From NCBI GenBank assembly GCA_023422005.1, contig JAEZSC010000004.1:16310-80309 (forward strand): a stretch of 64,000 bases of DNA, given 5' to 3'. This document shows, piece by piece, positions 21,100 to 30,626 of this stretch. This DNA is from Bacillota bacterium (GTDB lineage: Bacteria; Bacillota; Clostridia; Christensenellales; UMGS416). Position 1 is the first letter of the stretch; each line of letters opens with the position of its first letter. The translations under genes were made by a program, and so were the position numbers. Below the pieces are notes generated by a model, which saw only the letters and a list, made by a program, of their open reading frames with translations, was not told the origin of the DNA and searched no databases.

Positions 21100-21467
21100 G
21101 CTTGCCCCCCATGGTGGTGGAACCCGGCGTGGATTTCGCCTAACGGGGAGAGTTGACCGGCGAGGTACGCGCGAATGTTGTCCATGGCCGTTCCAGGCTC
21201 CGTTTTGCATATCCGTATGCCTGCGGCAGCAAGCACGGCCTCAGCGTTCTCACCGCAGCGGGGCGTCAGCAACACCTCGGCATCTTGGTCAACGATGTTC
21301 TGGGCCGCCTTGACCCCGGCACCGCCTTGGCTTGCCGCGGCACTGTTATCGATAAACACGCTCTGTTCGGAATCGGTCTGGTATATAAGAAAATAAGGCG
21401 CCCGCCCAAACGACGGACAGACCGCCGTCTTGTCGTTGTTCTCATCGACCGGCAATGCGATTTTCAT
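21096..21467 (-). CDS. NifX/NifB-like (COG1433) small protein
   Basis: [11 protein letters not shown]...[10 protein letters not shown]...GGAGVKAAQ is typical of the dinitrogenase iron-molybdenum cofactor biosynthesis domain family. Confidence 0.75.
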   Translation of the reverse strand: MKIALPVDENNDKTAVCPSFGRAPYFLIYQTDSEQSVFIDNSAAASQGGAGVKAAQNIVDQDAEVLLTPRCGENAEAVLAAAGIRICKTEPGTAMDNIRAYLAGQLSPLGEIHAGFHHHGGQA

Positions 21468-21862
21468 GAACCCTCTCCATTTCTGGGGCTATATTCCTCC
21501 ATATTGTCCATGTGCCCTCTGCCGCGCCGGTGCCTGTGGCAGCCTCTGCCGCTGCAGCCGGGCCCCATGCCGTCGCAGAGCCTATATTCCCCGCCTTCAA
21601 TCCATAGCATTTTCCCATTCACCAGGGAATTGGCCAGCTTCTTTCTCGCCGCGTCGTAGATGCCCTGTACGGTTGTGCGCGCGATGTTCATGTGCGCGGC
21701 ACATTCCTCCTGGGTAAATCCCTCCAGGTCAATGAGCCGGATGGTCTCGTATTCGTCAACCATCATGTTGACGCTTTCCCCGTCGTCCATCCCGCCGAGG
21801 GGGCCAAAGCGGTTTTGCTCGGGCAGGGAGCAGACTTTTCTCCATTTTCTGGGTCTTGGCAT
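21464..21862 (-). CDS. DUF134-family putative DNA-binding protein
   Basis: Start chosen at [10 protein letters not shown] (canonical DUF134 N-terminus, GGGGGA RBS). HTH-like region [20 protein letters not shown]-terminal Cys/His-rich tail. Confidence 0.65.
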   Translation of the reverse strand: MPRPRKWRKVCSLPEQNRFGPLGGMDDGESVNMMVDEYETIRLIDLEGFTQEECAAHMNIARTTVQGIYDAARKKLANSLVNGKMLWIEGGEYRLCDGMGPGCSGRGCHRHRRGRGHMDNMEEYSPRNGEGS

Positions 21863-21920
21863 TCTTTCCCCCATTGTCGCAGGGAACCACCGGAGCGTCC
21901 TCCGGTCATTCCCCGGCACG

Positions 21921-22190
21921 TTATTCGTCAGTCAGTTGTTTGTCAATGAGTGCAATGCGCCGCTGCAGGAGTTCTTTCTGCTCCAGCAGCGTCTCTCTTT
22001 GGTTCAAGCTCTGCCAGCCGGCAGATGCCCTGCCAAAGCCACCCCGGAAGCCATTCCTGCGGCCTAGGCCAAGACCCAACCCGCAACCCCGTCCCACCGA
22101 TTGGGAGCCGGCACATGGCCCCAGGCCTCTGCCTGTCATTGTTCCGAGCCCCTGTGGGCCGGTACCATCTCTACCGGGCAATCCGTTCAC
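21921..22190 (-). CDS. DUF5320-like small protein (Gly/Arg-rich N half, coiled-coil C half)
   Basis: [23 protein letters not shown]...[13 protein letters not shown], then [18 protein letters not shown]. Confidence 0.6.
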   Translation of the reverse strand: MNGLPGRDGTGPQGLGTMTGRGLGPCAGSQSVGRGCGLGLGLGRRNGFRGGFGRASAGWQSLNQRETLLEQKELLQRRIALIDKQLTDE

Positions 22191-22204
22191 CTCCCTTGAG
22201 TTTG

Positions 22205-22253
22205 TGACATATGCTATCTACCCGCATGGTACACCCGTAACGGGCATATGTCA
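22205..22253. promoter_or_regulatory. Candidate operator: 10-bp perfect inverted repeat upstream of the Fe-S operon
   Basis: TGACATATGC (22205-22214) and GCATATGTCA (22244-22253), just upstream of the first gene of the minus-strand operon. Confidence 0.35.
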
Positions 22254-22360
22254 ACAACTTTTGAGAGAGCTTTTTCAGTTTTTTGCTATGAGAATACTCT
22301 GCGCTCATAGCGCAAAGGCCGGATCTGGGTTACCCGATCAGGCCTTTGTCAGGATTGACA

Positions 22361-22609
22361 CTAACAGTAGCTCAATGGCGGCGAAATTGATGTCGCCGTT
22401 CTCCAATAAATATCGCTCATCCCATGGATGTGCTCGATCTTGCCGGCGAACATCTCGTGGGAACCTGTACGGATGGAACCGACCACGGTGCACTCGATGT
22501 TCACTGGGCAATCCTCCAGGACAGGGGCGTTCACCTTCAGTCCATCGCTGACCTTATGTATGGATTTGATAATACAACCAAGGCAGAAGTAGCCACAAAA
22601 AGGTATCAT
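22361..22609 (-). pseudogene. Flavin reductase-like domain, C-terminal fragment only
   Basis: APVLEDCPVNIECTVVGSIRTGSHEMFAGKIEHIHG...PPLSY matches the C-terminal half of flavin reductase-like proteins. The N-terminal ~100 aa are missing. Confidence 0.45.
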
Positions 22610-22764
22610 GATAGCGCGTATGATAAAACAATTGTTATTGACGATAATGATTACATGTGGGTTTGGGCTAGATGAGTTCTATGTGCTCCATCTTAATTTG
22701 ATCAGTGCCAAAAGATGTTTTTCATTGAAATCAATCTATACGCTGTGCGTTTTATTTTAGGAAG

Positions 22765-22898
22765 AGTATAAGCAAAACACATACCCGCTGGAGAGCAGAT
22801 AACGATTGAGGCCCCCGACGTAGAGACAGGGGCCTCAATTGCGTGTTATCAGCGTAGAGGCCAACTGGAATGGTAATCTGAGTTGCGTGTTATTAACA
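22765..22898 (+). repeat. Structured junction repeat, copy e
   Basis: AGTATAAGCAAAACACATACCCGCTGGAGAGCAGATAACG. ATTGAGGCCCCC/GGGGCCTCAAT hairpin. Then TGCGTGTTATCAG, GGCCAACTGGAATGGTAATCTGAGTTGCGTGTTATTAACA. Confidence 0.8.
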
Positions 22899-22951
22899 AC
22901 CTTTGGACTTCACCATTGGTTTCAGAGCTGCTCGTACTGCAATTTCCTTGC

Positions 22952-23785
22952 TCATTTATCCAATAGTGATCTTATTCTAGCTTCAGTATCCGATCCTGGT
23001 ACAGGTACATGGGTAAACAATCTTAGGCCGGAATTGTCGGGGACATCAAAACAACTGCTTTCAAAGTCCAATTCCCCGGCGACAGGGTGGTTAAAATGTT
23101 TATATATACTGCTGTCGTCGATGATCTCGTGCAAAGGCCACCATTCGGCGAATTCAGTACTGTGTGACTTGAGGTCTTCAATAAACTCTACAAGCCAAGG
23201 GTCTTCGATATATTTTCCGCATGTTAAGCGGAAACGGCCAAGCAGACTTTTCGCATAGAACTCCCAATTGTGATACAACCGTTTGAAATAACCATCGGTG
23301 AACATCGCCCAAACAACATTGCGTTGCAGCGAGTTCATTTTTTCGAAATCACCCAGCAATATGCACGCCGCCTTGTTCCATGCTACCACATTCCACCGTT
23401 GATCGGCGATAAAGGATGGGCAGAGGGCCAAACTGTCCAGAACGTGCTGCAATATCGGGTTTACTCTTTCCAGCTGCTCCGGGATATCTGCTGGAAGCGG
23501 TTGGTTTGCCAACCGGTATAGGTGTATGCGCTCCTGCTTATCGAGCAACAAGGCGCGCGAAAGGCTTTCTATCACCTGCGCAGAAACATGAATGGTCCTA
23601 CCCTGTTCCAGCCATGTATACCATGTCAGCCCGACGCCGGCCAACTGCGCGACTTCCTCTCTTCTGAGGCCGGGGGTACGGCGGCGCGTTTCTGAGGAAA
23701 GCCCCGCCTGCGACGCAGATATTTTTGCTCTGCGCGTTTTCAAAAAATCCGCCAGTTCCCTGTATCGATGTTCTTCCTGATTCAA
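22952..23785 (-). CDS. XRE-family HTH regulator with MmyB-like ligand-binding domain
   Basis: LADFLKTRRAKI...RRTPGLRREEVAQLAGVGLTWYTWLEQGR is the characteristic MmyB-like N-terminus. Confidence 0.75.
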   Translation of the reverse strand: MNQEEHRYRELADFLKTRRAKISASQAGLSSETRRRTPGLRREEVAQLAGVGLTWYTWLEQGRTIHVSAQVIESLSRALLLDKQERIHLYRLANQPLPADIPEQLERVNPILQHVLDSLALCPSFIADQRWNVVAWNKAACILLGDFEKMNSLQRNVVWAMFTDGYFKRLYHNWEFYAKSLLGRFRLTCGKYIEDPWLVEFIEDLKSHSTEFAEWWPLHEIIDDSSIYKHFNHPVAGELDFESSCFDVPDNSGLRLFTHVPVPGSDTEARIRSLLDK

Positions 23786-23907
23786 CGGACATCATCCTGC
23801 CTGATACTATTTATACCAGTATAAACTGGCTCCTATTTGTATTATAAATCTTGTTTTACGATATTACCAACGAACAATTCACCAATATTTTTAGGAGGAA
23901 GTCAGCT

Positions 23908-24276
23908 ATGAAGTATCTTTGGACAACGATCAACGTGGAAAACCTGGACGAATCGGTAACCTTTTATACCGAACTGGTGGGGCTCAGATTGCTCAAGCGT
24001 TTCCCTGCGGGACCGGGAGTGGAAATTGCTTTTTTGGGCAACGGCACAGACAACGAGACGCTGGTTGAACTGCTGGCAGACAGCAGCATCGGCACAATCG
24101 GTTTCAGCGAATTTATCTCCATGGGTTTCGCCGTCGACTCTGTGGATGTGATGCTGGAAACGGTGAAGGGCAAGAACATCCCTGTACATAGCGGCCCATT
24201 CGAAACGCCTGGCTTCAAGTTTTTCTGCATAAAAGATCCGGACGGTCTGGGTGTTCAGTTCTTCCAGCAAAAATAG
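23908..24276 (+). CDS. VOC/glyoxalase-family protein
   Basis: ATG 23908 with AGGAGG RBS. 122 aa. Paired beta-alpha-beta-beta-beta pattern (MKYLWTTINVENLDESVTFY ... FFCIKDPDGLGVQFFQ). Confidence 0.75.
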   Translation: MKYLWTTINVENLDESVTFYTELVGLRLLKRFPAGPGVEIAFLGNGTDNETLVELLADSSIGTIGFSEFISMGFAVDSVDVMLETVKGKNIPVHSGPFETPGFKFFCIKDPDGLGVQFFQQK

Positions 24277-24511
24277 CAGATATGGGCTGGTGGTTTCTGC
24301 CAAGGAAGGGAACGCATGGAACGAAAGATAGAGTTTGCTATTTTCTTGGACGGGGAATGTCCGTTTTACCGCCGAACGCTCGGTCGCTTTGCTGCAAGCG
24401 AAAGGAGCAAGCGTCACGGTAAGGCGGATGGAGCTAGGTTAGGTGGCCGCGGATCAGCCCATGAGCTTATCAGGATATGGGTTTGAGTCTTCAGTAAAAT
24501 GGAGGACAATT

Positions 24512-25822
24512 ATGAAAGCTATTCTGAAAAATGTTGGGAAAGTCCTGTTGATGGTTCTTTTTGTCCCCGTTGAAATTCTCCTGCTGCTCTTTGGCACGGC
24601 GATATGGATACGTCTCCCGCCGCCGGCCAGCGCCCTGATGACAATACCAAAGCTTGTGTACCCCAACCTTGCAAATAAGGCCGCCATTCTTTATGCTGTC
24701 TTATTTGCTGTGATCGCGGCCGTTTTTCTTCTGAATCACTACAGGCATTTTCTGCATAGTGTCTTTGTCAAAACAGTCATGTGTATCTTTCTTGTCACTT
24801 TGTTGTTTTCCCTGTCCAGCAGTCTGGTGTATCTCGGGATACTCGGAACCACGAAGGTTGAATACACCCTCAACCACCCTGTACCCCAGTCGGATGGAGT
24901 CGGTACTTTGTTTCGCCCGGAGGACAGAATTTGCATCGATCTCGCTCAAGTTGTGAAGAACCAGCGTCCTAAAGTCTTCAAGCTTTATTTGCCCGACGGC
25001 AGCAAGACGCCTAGAGATGTCGTTATGTACCTGGCCTATGGAAATTGGCTCGCAACCGATGAAAAAAGTGTGGATTATCTCGTCGACGACCTGACGCGGC
25101 ATGGATACGGAGTCGTGGTTTTTACTGGAAAAACAAGGCTCGACACGGATATTGTAGGAATGATCCAAGACATACGGGCGAAAGTCGCTTTCCTAAAGGA
25201 AAATTCAAGGGAGTACTGCATCGGGCACCTTTACCTTTCAGGAGGTTCGGCAGGAGCCAATTTGGCACTGCTGACTGCATATGCTTCGAGCTGCCCCGAT
25301 TATGCTTCTGACGGATTGCCAGCCGATTTGGCAGTAGTAGATGGCGTTATAGCGTTCTATCCCGTGGTAGATATGATATACAACTACGATTATTTCACCG
25401 AAAAAACAGAAAAGGATAGAAGTATTCTAGACAGGTTAGGGGATTCTATTTTTAGTATGCAGGACGTCAACGGGGCTAAGTCCATTCGCCAATCCCACTT
25501 GATGGTTATGAAAATGCTTTTGGGCGGTGGTCCGGATGAGGGTACTTTCAAACACCTTTATGAGATCAGCTCACCCAACAGGTTTTTAAGTCCTGAAGCT
25601 CCACCGACGCTCTTTATTCAGGGCGCTCACGACAGTATGACACCGATTGAGCCCACAAGGGGTATGTTTGAAGATTTGAAAGAAATGGGTGCAGATACCG
25701 CTATTCTGGAGCTTCCATTTACTGATCACGCCTTTGACATGATCCTGCCCAGTGGGTCTGCTGTAACAATAAAGGTTCTTTCAAGCATTCATGTTTGGCT
25801 GGATATGCACCGGCCTCAATAA
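24512..25822 (+). CDS. Membrane-anchored alpha/beta hydrolase (esterase/lipase-like)
   Basis: ATG 24512 with GGAGG RBS. N-terminal TM helices. Nucleophile elbow LSGGSAGAN. C-terminal His region FTDHAFD. Confidence 0.7.
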   Translation: MKAILKNVGKVLLMVLFVPVEILLLLFGTAIWIRLPPPASALMTIPKLVYPNLANKAAILYAVLFAVIAAVFLLNHYRHFLHSVFVKTVMCIFLVTLLFSLSSSLVYLGILGTTKVEYTLNHPVPQSDGVGTLFRPEDRICIDLAQVVKNQRPKVFKLYLPDGSKTPRDVVMYLAYGNWLATDEKSVDYLVDDLTRHGYGVVVFTGKTRLDTDIVGMIQDIRAKVAFLKENSREYCIGHLYLSGGSAGANLALLTAYASSCPDYASDGLPADLAVVDGVIAFYPVVDMIYNYDYFTEKTEKDRSILDRLGDSIFSMQDVNGAKSIRQSHLMVMKMLLGGGPDEGTFKHLYEISSPNRFLSPEAPPTLFIQGAHDSMTPIEPTRGMFEDLKEMGADTAILELPFTDHAFDMILPSGSAVTIKVLSSIHVWLDMHRPQ

Positions 25823-25926
25823 GCAAAGTGTCAGGAGGAATATACCTGGGAATTAATACAATCCTCATTGATGGAGCTGGTGTTGCCAGGCTGTCGGTGG
25901 GCCGTTATACCCAGTTGAGCGGCTTT

Positions 25927-25996
25927 CAGAGCACGAGCAGCGTATTGTTAGCAGAGCAGGCCATAAGCCTGCTCTGCTAGATTTCATGTTATTAAC
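25927..25996 (+). repeat. Structured junction repeat, copy f (3' palindrome interrupted by MITE)
   Basis: GAGCACGAGCAGCGTATTG. 10-bp perfect hairpin GCAGAGCAGG/CCTGCTCTGC. Then TAGATTTCATGTTATTAAC abutting the MITE end. Confidence 0.55.
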
Positions 25997-26156
25997 CAAG
26001 CCGTGTGAAAACGAAAACCTGAAATTAGCATCCTCCACATCGGGCTATAGAAACGCCTCAATGCTGATGGATTAGTGTGAAATGAGGCCAAATATGGCTG
26101 GCTTCCTCCACTTTAAGTAGGCTGTAAAGTGTGGCCCAGTGTTTTCACACAGCCTC
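25997..26156. mobile_element. 160-bp MITE with IS1182-type termini
   Basis: Starts CAAGCCGTGTGAAAAC and ends GTTTTCACACAGCCTC. Flanked by TAAC (25993-25996 and 26157-26160). No coding capacity. The interior is unrelated to the IS copies. Confidence 0.6.
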
Positions 26157-26381
26157 TAACACACCAAATAGAGAGGGCATTGAACTTTCTCTTCTGCCAA
26201 CTGTACTAGCAATCCCACGGAACGCTGTAGGCGGCCGCACAGTGATGTCGCCGTTGTGCGTCGTTGTGGTGTGCGGGGGCACTTAGCTGAGGCCTAGCAG
26301 CCTTGGATTGTTCGTTGAGGAGATTATGATTATGATGTGCTTAATAAAACATATCTGTTTGAGAGCAGTGGCGATGTCAAA

Positions 26382-27027
26382 ATGATAGAACCAAGACTAG
26401 TTATCATATGCGGCATGAGTGGCTGCGGTAGGTCGACAACATCACAGAACGTGTCGTACCAATATACATGCAACGGTATTCCTCACGAGTGGTTGCACGA
26501 GGAGATGAATCACCAGCTCGGCCGAGAATTATGACTTTGCCGACGAGACGAACTACCAGACGCTGGCCCGCAGCAAATTCGCCGGCTACTGGGGTAAGAA
26601 GCTGGCTGTTGACACAACTGGTGAAGCCTGGGATGCCTATCACAAGCAGATTTGTGACTTTTTGGGTATACGGCACTTTCGTCGTGAGCTTCATCCAGTT
26701 GACCAACCGGAGCGCTATGTCGGAGTGTTCGAATACAATTAGCCTGGCGTGCATGGAGACGCTACAATCATCTGCGAAAATGGCGAGCTTTTCCTGAGTC
26801 CCGATTGGTTTACGCATATCAGGATGAGTTGCATCGGGCCTGATGTTTTTGATTTGCAGGCTTTCCCGATGGTCTTTACGTATGACTTTTTAGGCGACGA
26901 TGCAACAATCACAGTCACGGGTAAATATGGCTGGGACATGGTAGGGCGGACATTGAAGAGAAACAGAGGAGCGGAAGATAAAGATATAGCAATCTTAATT
27001 GGTGGACTATCCGGTTGTCCTAGCTAA
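26382..27027 (+). pseudogene. Decayed gene: P-loop N-terminus plus C-terminal beta-rich domain split over three frames
   Basis: MIEPRLVIICGMSGCGRST (Walker A) stops at 26534. It continues in other frames (YDFADETNYQTLARS...ERYVGVFEYN, then GDATIICENGELFLSPDWF...TITVTGKYGW). Confidence 0.4.
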
Positions 27028-27100
27028 CCAATTGTTTGACATTGATCATCTTTAGTAGTAACATATAAATGCTTAATGATAAAAATATGGAGATGATACT

Positions 27101-27937
27101 ATGCACCTCAGTGTATGGTCAGCTTATTATCTTTTTTCTACACCCGAAGAAATGGTGCTGGAATTTGTAAAAAATGGTTATAATTATTGCGAACTTTCTG
27201 ACGAACATGCTAATGTTTTATTGCAAAGAGGAAACCCAGTAGAAGTCGGTAAACAGTTCAAAGAATTTGCTGACAAACACAACTTTAAATTCACGCAAGG
27301 TCATCTTATGCTTAACTGCATGTTATGCGGGAGTTTCGACGGAAAGAAATCTACTGATATACTTAAAAATTGGTTAGATTTGTTTGTGGCAATTGGCGTA
27401 AAAAATGCAGTGCTGCACTGTGACAGCGTATCGTTCCCAGAGGGGACAAGCAGTAAAGATAAAACGCTTGCTAACATCAATGCATTAAAAATACTGACCG
27501 ATTACATTAAAGATACGGATTTGGTGATTTGCCTTGAGAATTTATTTGGCGGTTCAATTGTGGATAATGTCGATCAGCTTTTAGCCATTGTAAGGCAAGT
27601 AGATAGTAAAAACATCGGTATTTGTTTAGATACAGGACATCTTAACTTATCTGACAAAAACCAAACTACTTTTATCGAAAAAGCTGGAGAACATCTGCGA
27701 GCACTTCACATTGCTGATAATGACGGTAGTGGAGATCAACACTTGATGCCTTTTGGGCTTGGAAGGATAGATTTTTACAAAGTTATAACCAGTCTACTGG
27801 CAATTGGTTACGATGGCTTGTTCAATTTCGAAATTCCTGGTGAGCGTGCTTGCAGTATGGAAATTCGCGCATTAAAACTTCAATACATAAGCAATATTTA
27901 CAATCAATTACTAAATCCAAATGGTACAATAGGTTAA
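27101..27937 (+). CDS. Sugar phosphate isomerase/epimerase (xylose isomerase-like TIM barrel)
   Basis: 278 aa. AVLHCDS, ICLENL, CLDTGHLN and HIADNDGSGDQHLMPFGLG are typical AP_endonuc_2/TIM-barrel metal-site motifs. Visibly AT-rich. Confidence 0.7.
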   Translation: MHLSVWSAYYLFSTPEEMVLEFVKNGYNYCELSDEHANVLLQRGNPVEVGKQFKEFADKHNFKFTQGHLMLNCMLCGSFDGKKSTDILKNWLDLFVAIGVKNAVLHCDSVSFPEGTSSKDKTLANINALKILTDYIKDTDLVICLENLFGGSIVDNVDQLLAIVRQVDSKNIGICLDTGHLNLSDKNQTTFIEKAGEHLRALHIADNDGSGDQHLMPFGLGRIDFYKVITSLLAIGYDGLFNFEIPGERACSMEIRALKLQYISNIYNQLLNPNGTIG

Positions 27938-27941
27938 GACA

Positions 27942-28613
27942 ATGGTATTATCTGAAATGCACTTGCACACAAAAGAAGTCAGTCCATGTGGAAATGTATC
28001 GGCTCGGGAAATTCCAGCTTTATACAAAAGGTGCGGTTATGGAAATATTGTCGTTACTGACCACTTTACAGATAAATATTTGAAAAAGTTGTCCCGCAAC
28101 AGAACTGTAGCTTTGAATTTATGGCTTGAGGGCTATCAAGTTGTCGCCGAAATGGGGCAAAAAATCGGATTAAATGTATTTTTGGGAATTGAAATCACAC
28201 TTAATGAAAGCGAAAACGAATATTTGATATACGGAATAACGGAAAATTTCGTTAAGAATTGCGGAGATATATTTGATAGTAATATAGCTCAATTCTACAA
28301 GCTGATAAAATATGGCGGTTATCAAATGTATCAGGCACATCCTTTTAGAGGAAAATGTCAACTTCAAAATCCTGAGTATATAGATGGTATTGAAGTTTTC
28401 AATGGAAATAAGCGGCACGAATCGCACAATGACTATGCATTTAAAGCCGCCAAAGCTCATCAGTTGAAAATGTTGGCTGGCAGTGATTTCCATGAATATG
28501 AGGATTTGGGTTGCGGTGGTATATATCTGCCGCAAGTAGTAAAGACAAATGACGATCTTGTTAAATATTTATCTGAAAACGATCCTGAACTTTGGCGATC
28601 TACCAATACATGA
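27942..28613 (+). CDS. PHP-domain metal-dependent phosphoesterase
   Basis: N-terminal SEMHLHTKEVSPCG and internal HPF, SDFH motifs fit the PHP/histidinol-phosphatase-like fold. AT-rich. 4-nt gap from the upstream gene. Confidence 0.65.
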   Translation: MVLSEMHLHTKEVSPCGNVSAREIPALYKRCGYGNIVVTDHFTDKYLKKLSRNRTVALNLWLEGYQVVAEMGQKIGLNVFLGIEITLNESENEYLIYGITENFVKNCGDIFDSNIAQFYKLIKYGGYQMYQAHPFRGKCQLQNPEYIDGIEVFNGNKRHESHNDYAFKAAKAHQLKMLAGSDFHEYEDLGCGGIYLPQVVKTNDDLVKYLSENDPELWRSTNT

Positions 28614-28772
28614 ATTATTGGTGATTCCAATGTTTTAATGCGAGACATCCAAGACTTGTTTGACAACGGTAATTGTCGCCTACGAAATAGGGACAGAACA
28701 GTCTATTTACCTGGTTCTGCTTAGGGCGGACATTGAAGAGAAGCAGGGGAGCGGAAGGATAAAGATATTGCA

Positions 28773-28857
28773 GGGCCAACTGGAATGGTAATCTGAGTTG
28801 CATGTTATTAACACCTGGTGTCCGCCGGAGAGGGGCCAGGAGGTTCGTGTTATTAAC
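28773..28857 (+). repeat. Structured junction repeat, copy g (two units; second cut by IS1182 copy 2)
   Basis: GGGCCAACTGGAATGGTAATCTGAGTTGCATGTTATTAACA, then CCTGGTGTCCGCCGGAGAGGGGCCAGGAGGTTCGTGTTATTAAC abutting the IS end. Confidence 0.7.
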
Positions 28858-30494
28858 CAAGCCGTGTGAAAACGTGATGGATATGAGCATCAGACAGGGT
28901 TCGGGTCGGCAACTTAACTATTCTAACCGGACTAGACACCCGAAAATAAGGAAAACAAGAGCATCATCCCTGCATTCTCAGCACCAGTTCCTTTACACCA
29001 ACGATATGAATCGCGCGCTTCATATTGTAAGTCAGGAAGTGGAGTAGCGATTCCACCCGCACACTGGCGGTTCTTCGGGTGAGGAAGTAGGAGTAACCCC
29101 AGGAGCGCTTCACAGTACCGAAGGGATGCTCCGCCATCTGCTTCCGTTGCTGGTACATTTCTGGGTGTGCTTCTCTGCGTCGGTCTACTTCGTCGGCAAT
29201 CCGTTGGAATTCTCGGTCTTGTTCGTTCGGCCTTCGACGCCTGAGCTGCACTTGTCTCTCGACTTGCATTGCGCACAAGCTTCAACATTTCGGTAACGAC
29301 GAATGCCCTTGTATTTGGGATTCTCTTTCGTTGGTCGGCACGGGCTCAATAGATGCCCTTCGGGACAGATGTAGCCATCGGCGGCCTCGTCGTATGTGAA
29401 ATGCTGTTTGCCGTATCCCCTGGTGGCCGCCTTGTGGGAGTGATCGGCTTTGGATACGATGGGAACAATGTTGTCTTTTTTGCATTTGGCAAACTGTAAA
29501 GCCGAATAGTAACCCTTATCCGCAATGACAGTGATGGTATCTACGGCCAGTTCCTCTTTGGCCTGTAGGGACATGTTGTGAAGCTGTTCTTTATCTACTG
29601 GTTCGCTGGTAACGTCCACTGCCACTACAATATGAGCCTTTTCATCCACGGCGATCTGGACATTGTGGCAAATGTCGCAGCCCTTATTGTTCATCTGCAT
29701 CATTCGGGCGTCAGGATCGGTGGAATAGACAGTGCCATGTTCATGTACATGCTCCCTTAGCTCGTCGAGTTCCGCCAGGCGCCGGTTGATGCTGCTGATT
29801 TTGGTTTGTATTTCCGCCTTGTCTGGAGGTGCAGCCTGGTCATCCTTCTCCTGCTGGTCGCAAATATCCAGGAGTGTCAGGTATTGATCGGCCAACTTAT
29901 TGTAGTGCTCTATTTTCTTCTGAATCTTCTTCTCGTTGTGATATGCCAATCGGCTGTTGCTGGCCCTGAACTTGCTGCCGTCGATGGCAACCATTTCTTT
30001 GCCCACCAGACCCAACTCATCGCAGATCATGCTGAACTTACGGAAGGCCTGCTTAATGGCCTTTTTGTTATCCTTCCTGAAGTCCGCGATGGTTTTGAAG
30101 TCGGGTCTCAGTCCATTGACCAGCCACATGACCTCCATGTTTCTGTGGCACTCACGCTCGATCTTTCGGGAAGAGCGAATACCGTTGAAGTAACTGTAGA
30201 CGTACAATTTGAACAGATCCACTGGGTCGTAAGGTTTTCTACCCGTTTCCTTGGTTTCGGCATGGATAAACCCCAGGGTAGGGATGCCCATGTTCTCTAC
30301 GATTGCATCCAGTGCCCTTACTTCGCAGTTCTCTGGGATAAGCTCATCCAGACACATCGGCTGCAGTCCCAGTTGGTTTCTGTCATTACCGGCCATGTAT
30401 CTTCTCATCTTTCGCTACCTCGGTAGAAGATACTGTAATTATATCAGGTCGCTCATATGCTTTGTGTCAAATGCGGGCGTTTTCACACAATCTC
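28858..30494 (-). mobile_element. IS1182-family insertion sequence, copy 2 (transposase frameshifted)
   Basis: Same termini as copy 1. TAAC flanks at 28854-28857 and 30495-30498. Roughly 90% similar to copy 1 by eye. Confidence 0.75.
28964..30408 (-). pseudogene. IS1182-family transposase disrupted by a 1-nt deletion
   Basis: ORFs 29185-30408 and 28964-29278 together align with the intact 481-aa copy. Copy 1 reads GGTCTTGTATCGTTCGG and copy 2 reads GGTCTTGTTCGTTCGG near 29220. Confidence 0.8.
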
Positions 30495-30626
30495 TAACAA
30501 ACCTTTTGAAAATCAATAAAAATTAGAGACATCTAATCAATTAACCACATGGATTAACTGGGATATTCCTTTGATAATCCAGATCAGGCAGACCCCCGTA
30601 CGTGCGTCTTTACCGCGTACTATGGC

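Noticed and set aside
16878-21467. A nitrogen-fixation cluster, because of the NifX/NifB-like domains.
   Set aside because: There are no nifH/D/K/E/N genes and no radical-SAM NifB core. The small COG1433-type domain is widespread in non-diazotrophic anaerobes.
7107-30494. A composite transposon formed by the two directly oriented IS1182 copies around a 20-kb segment.
   Set aside because: Each copy has its own TAAC flanks inside a separate junction repeat. The copies are visibly diverged, with many substitutions. Copy 2 has a frameshifted transposase. The intervening DNA is itself subdivided by four more junction repeats. Independent insertions are more parsimonious. Homologous recombination between the copies remains possible.
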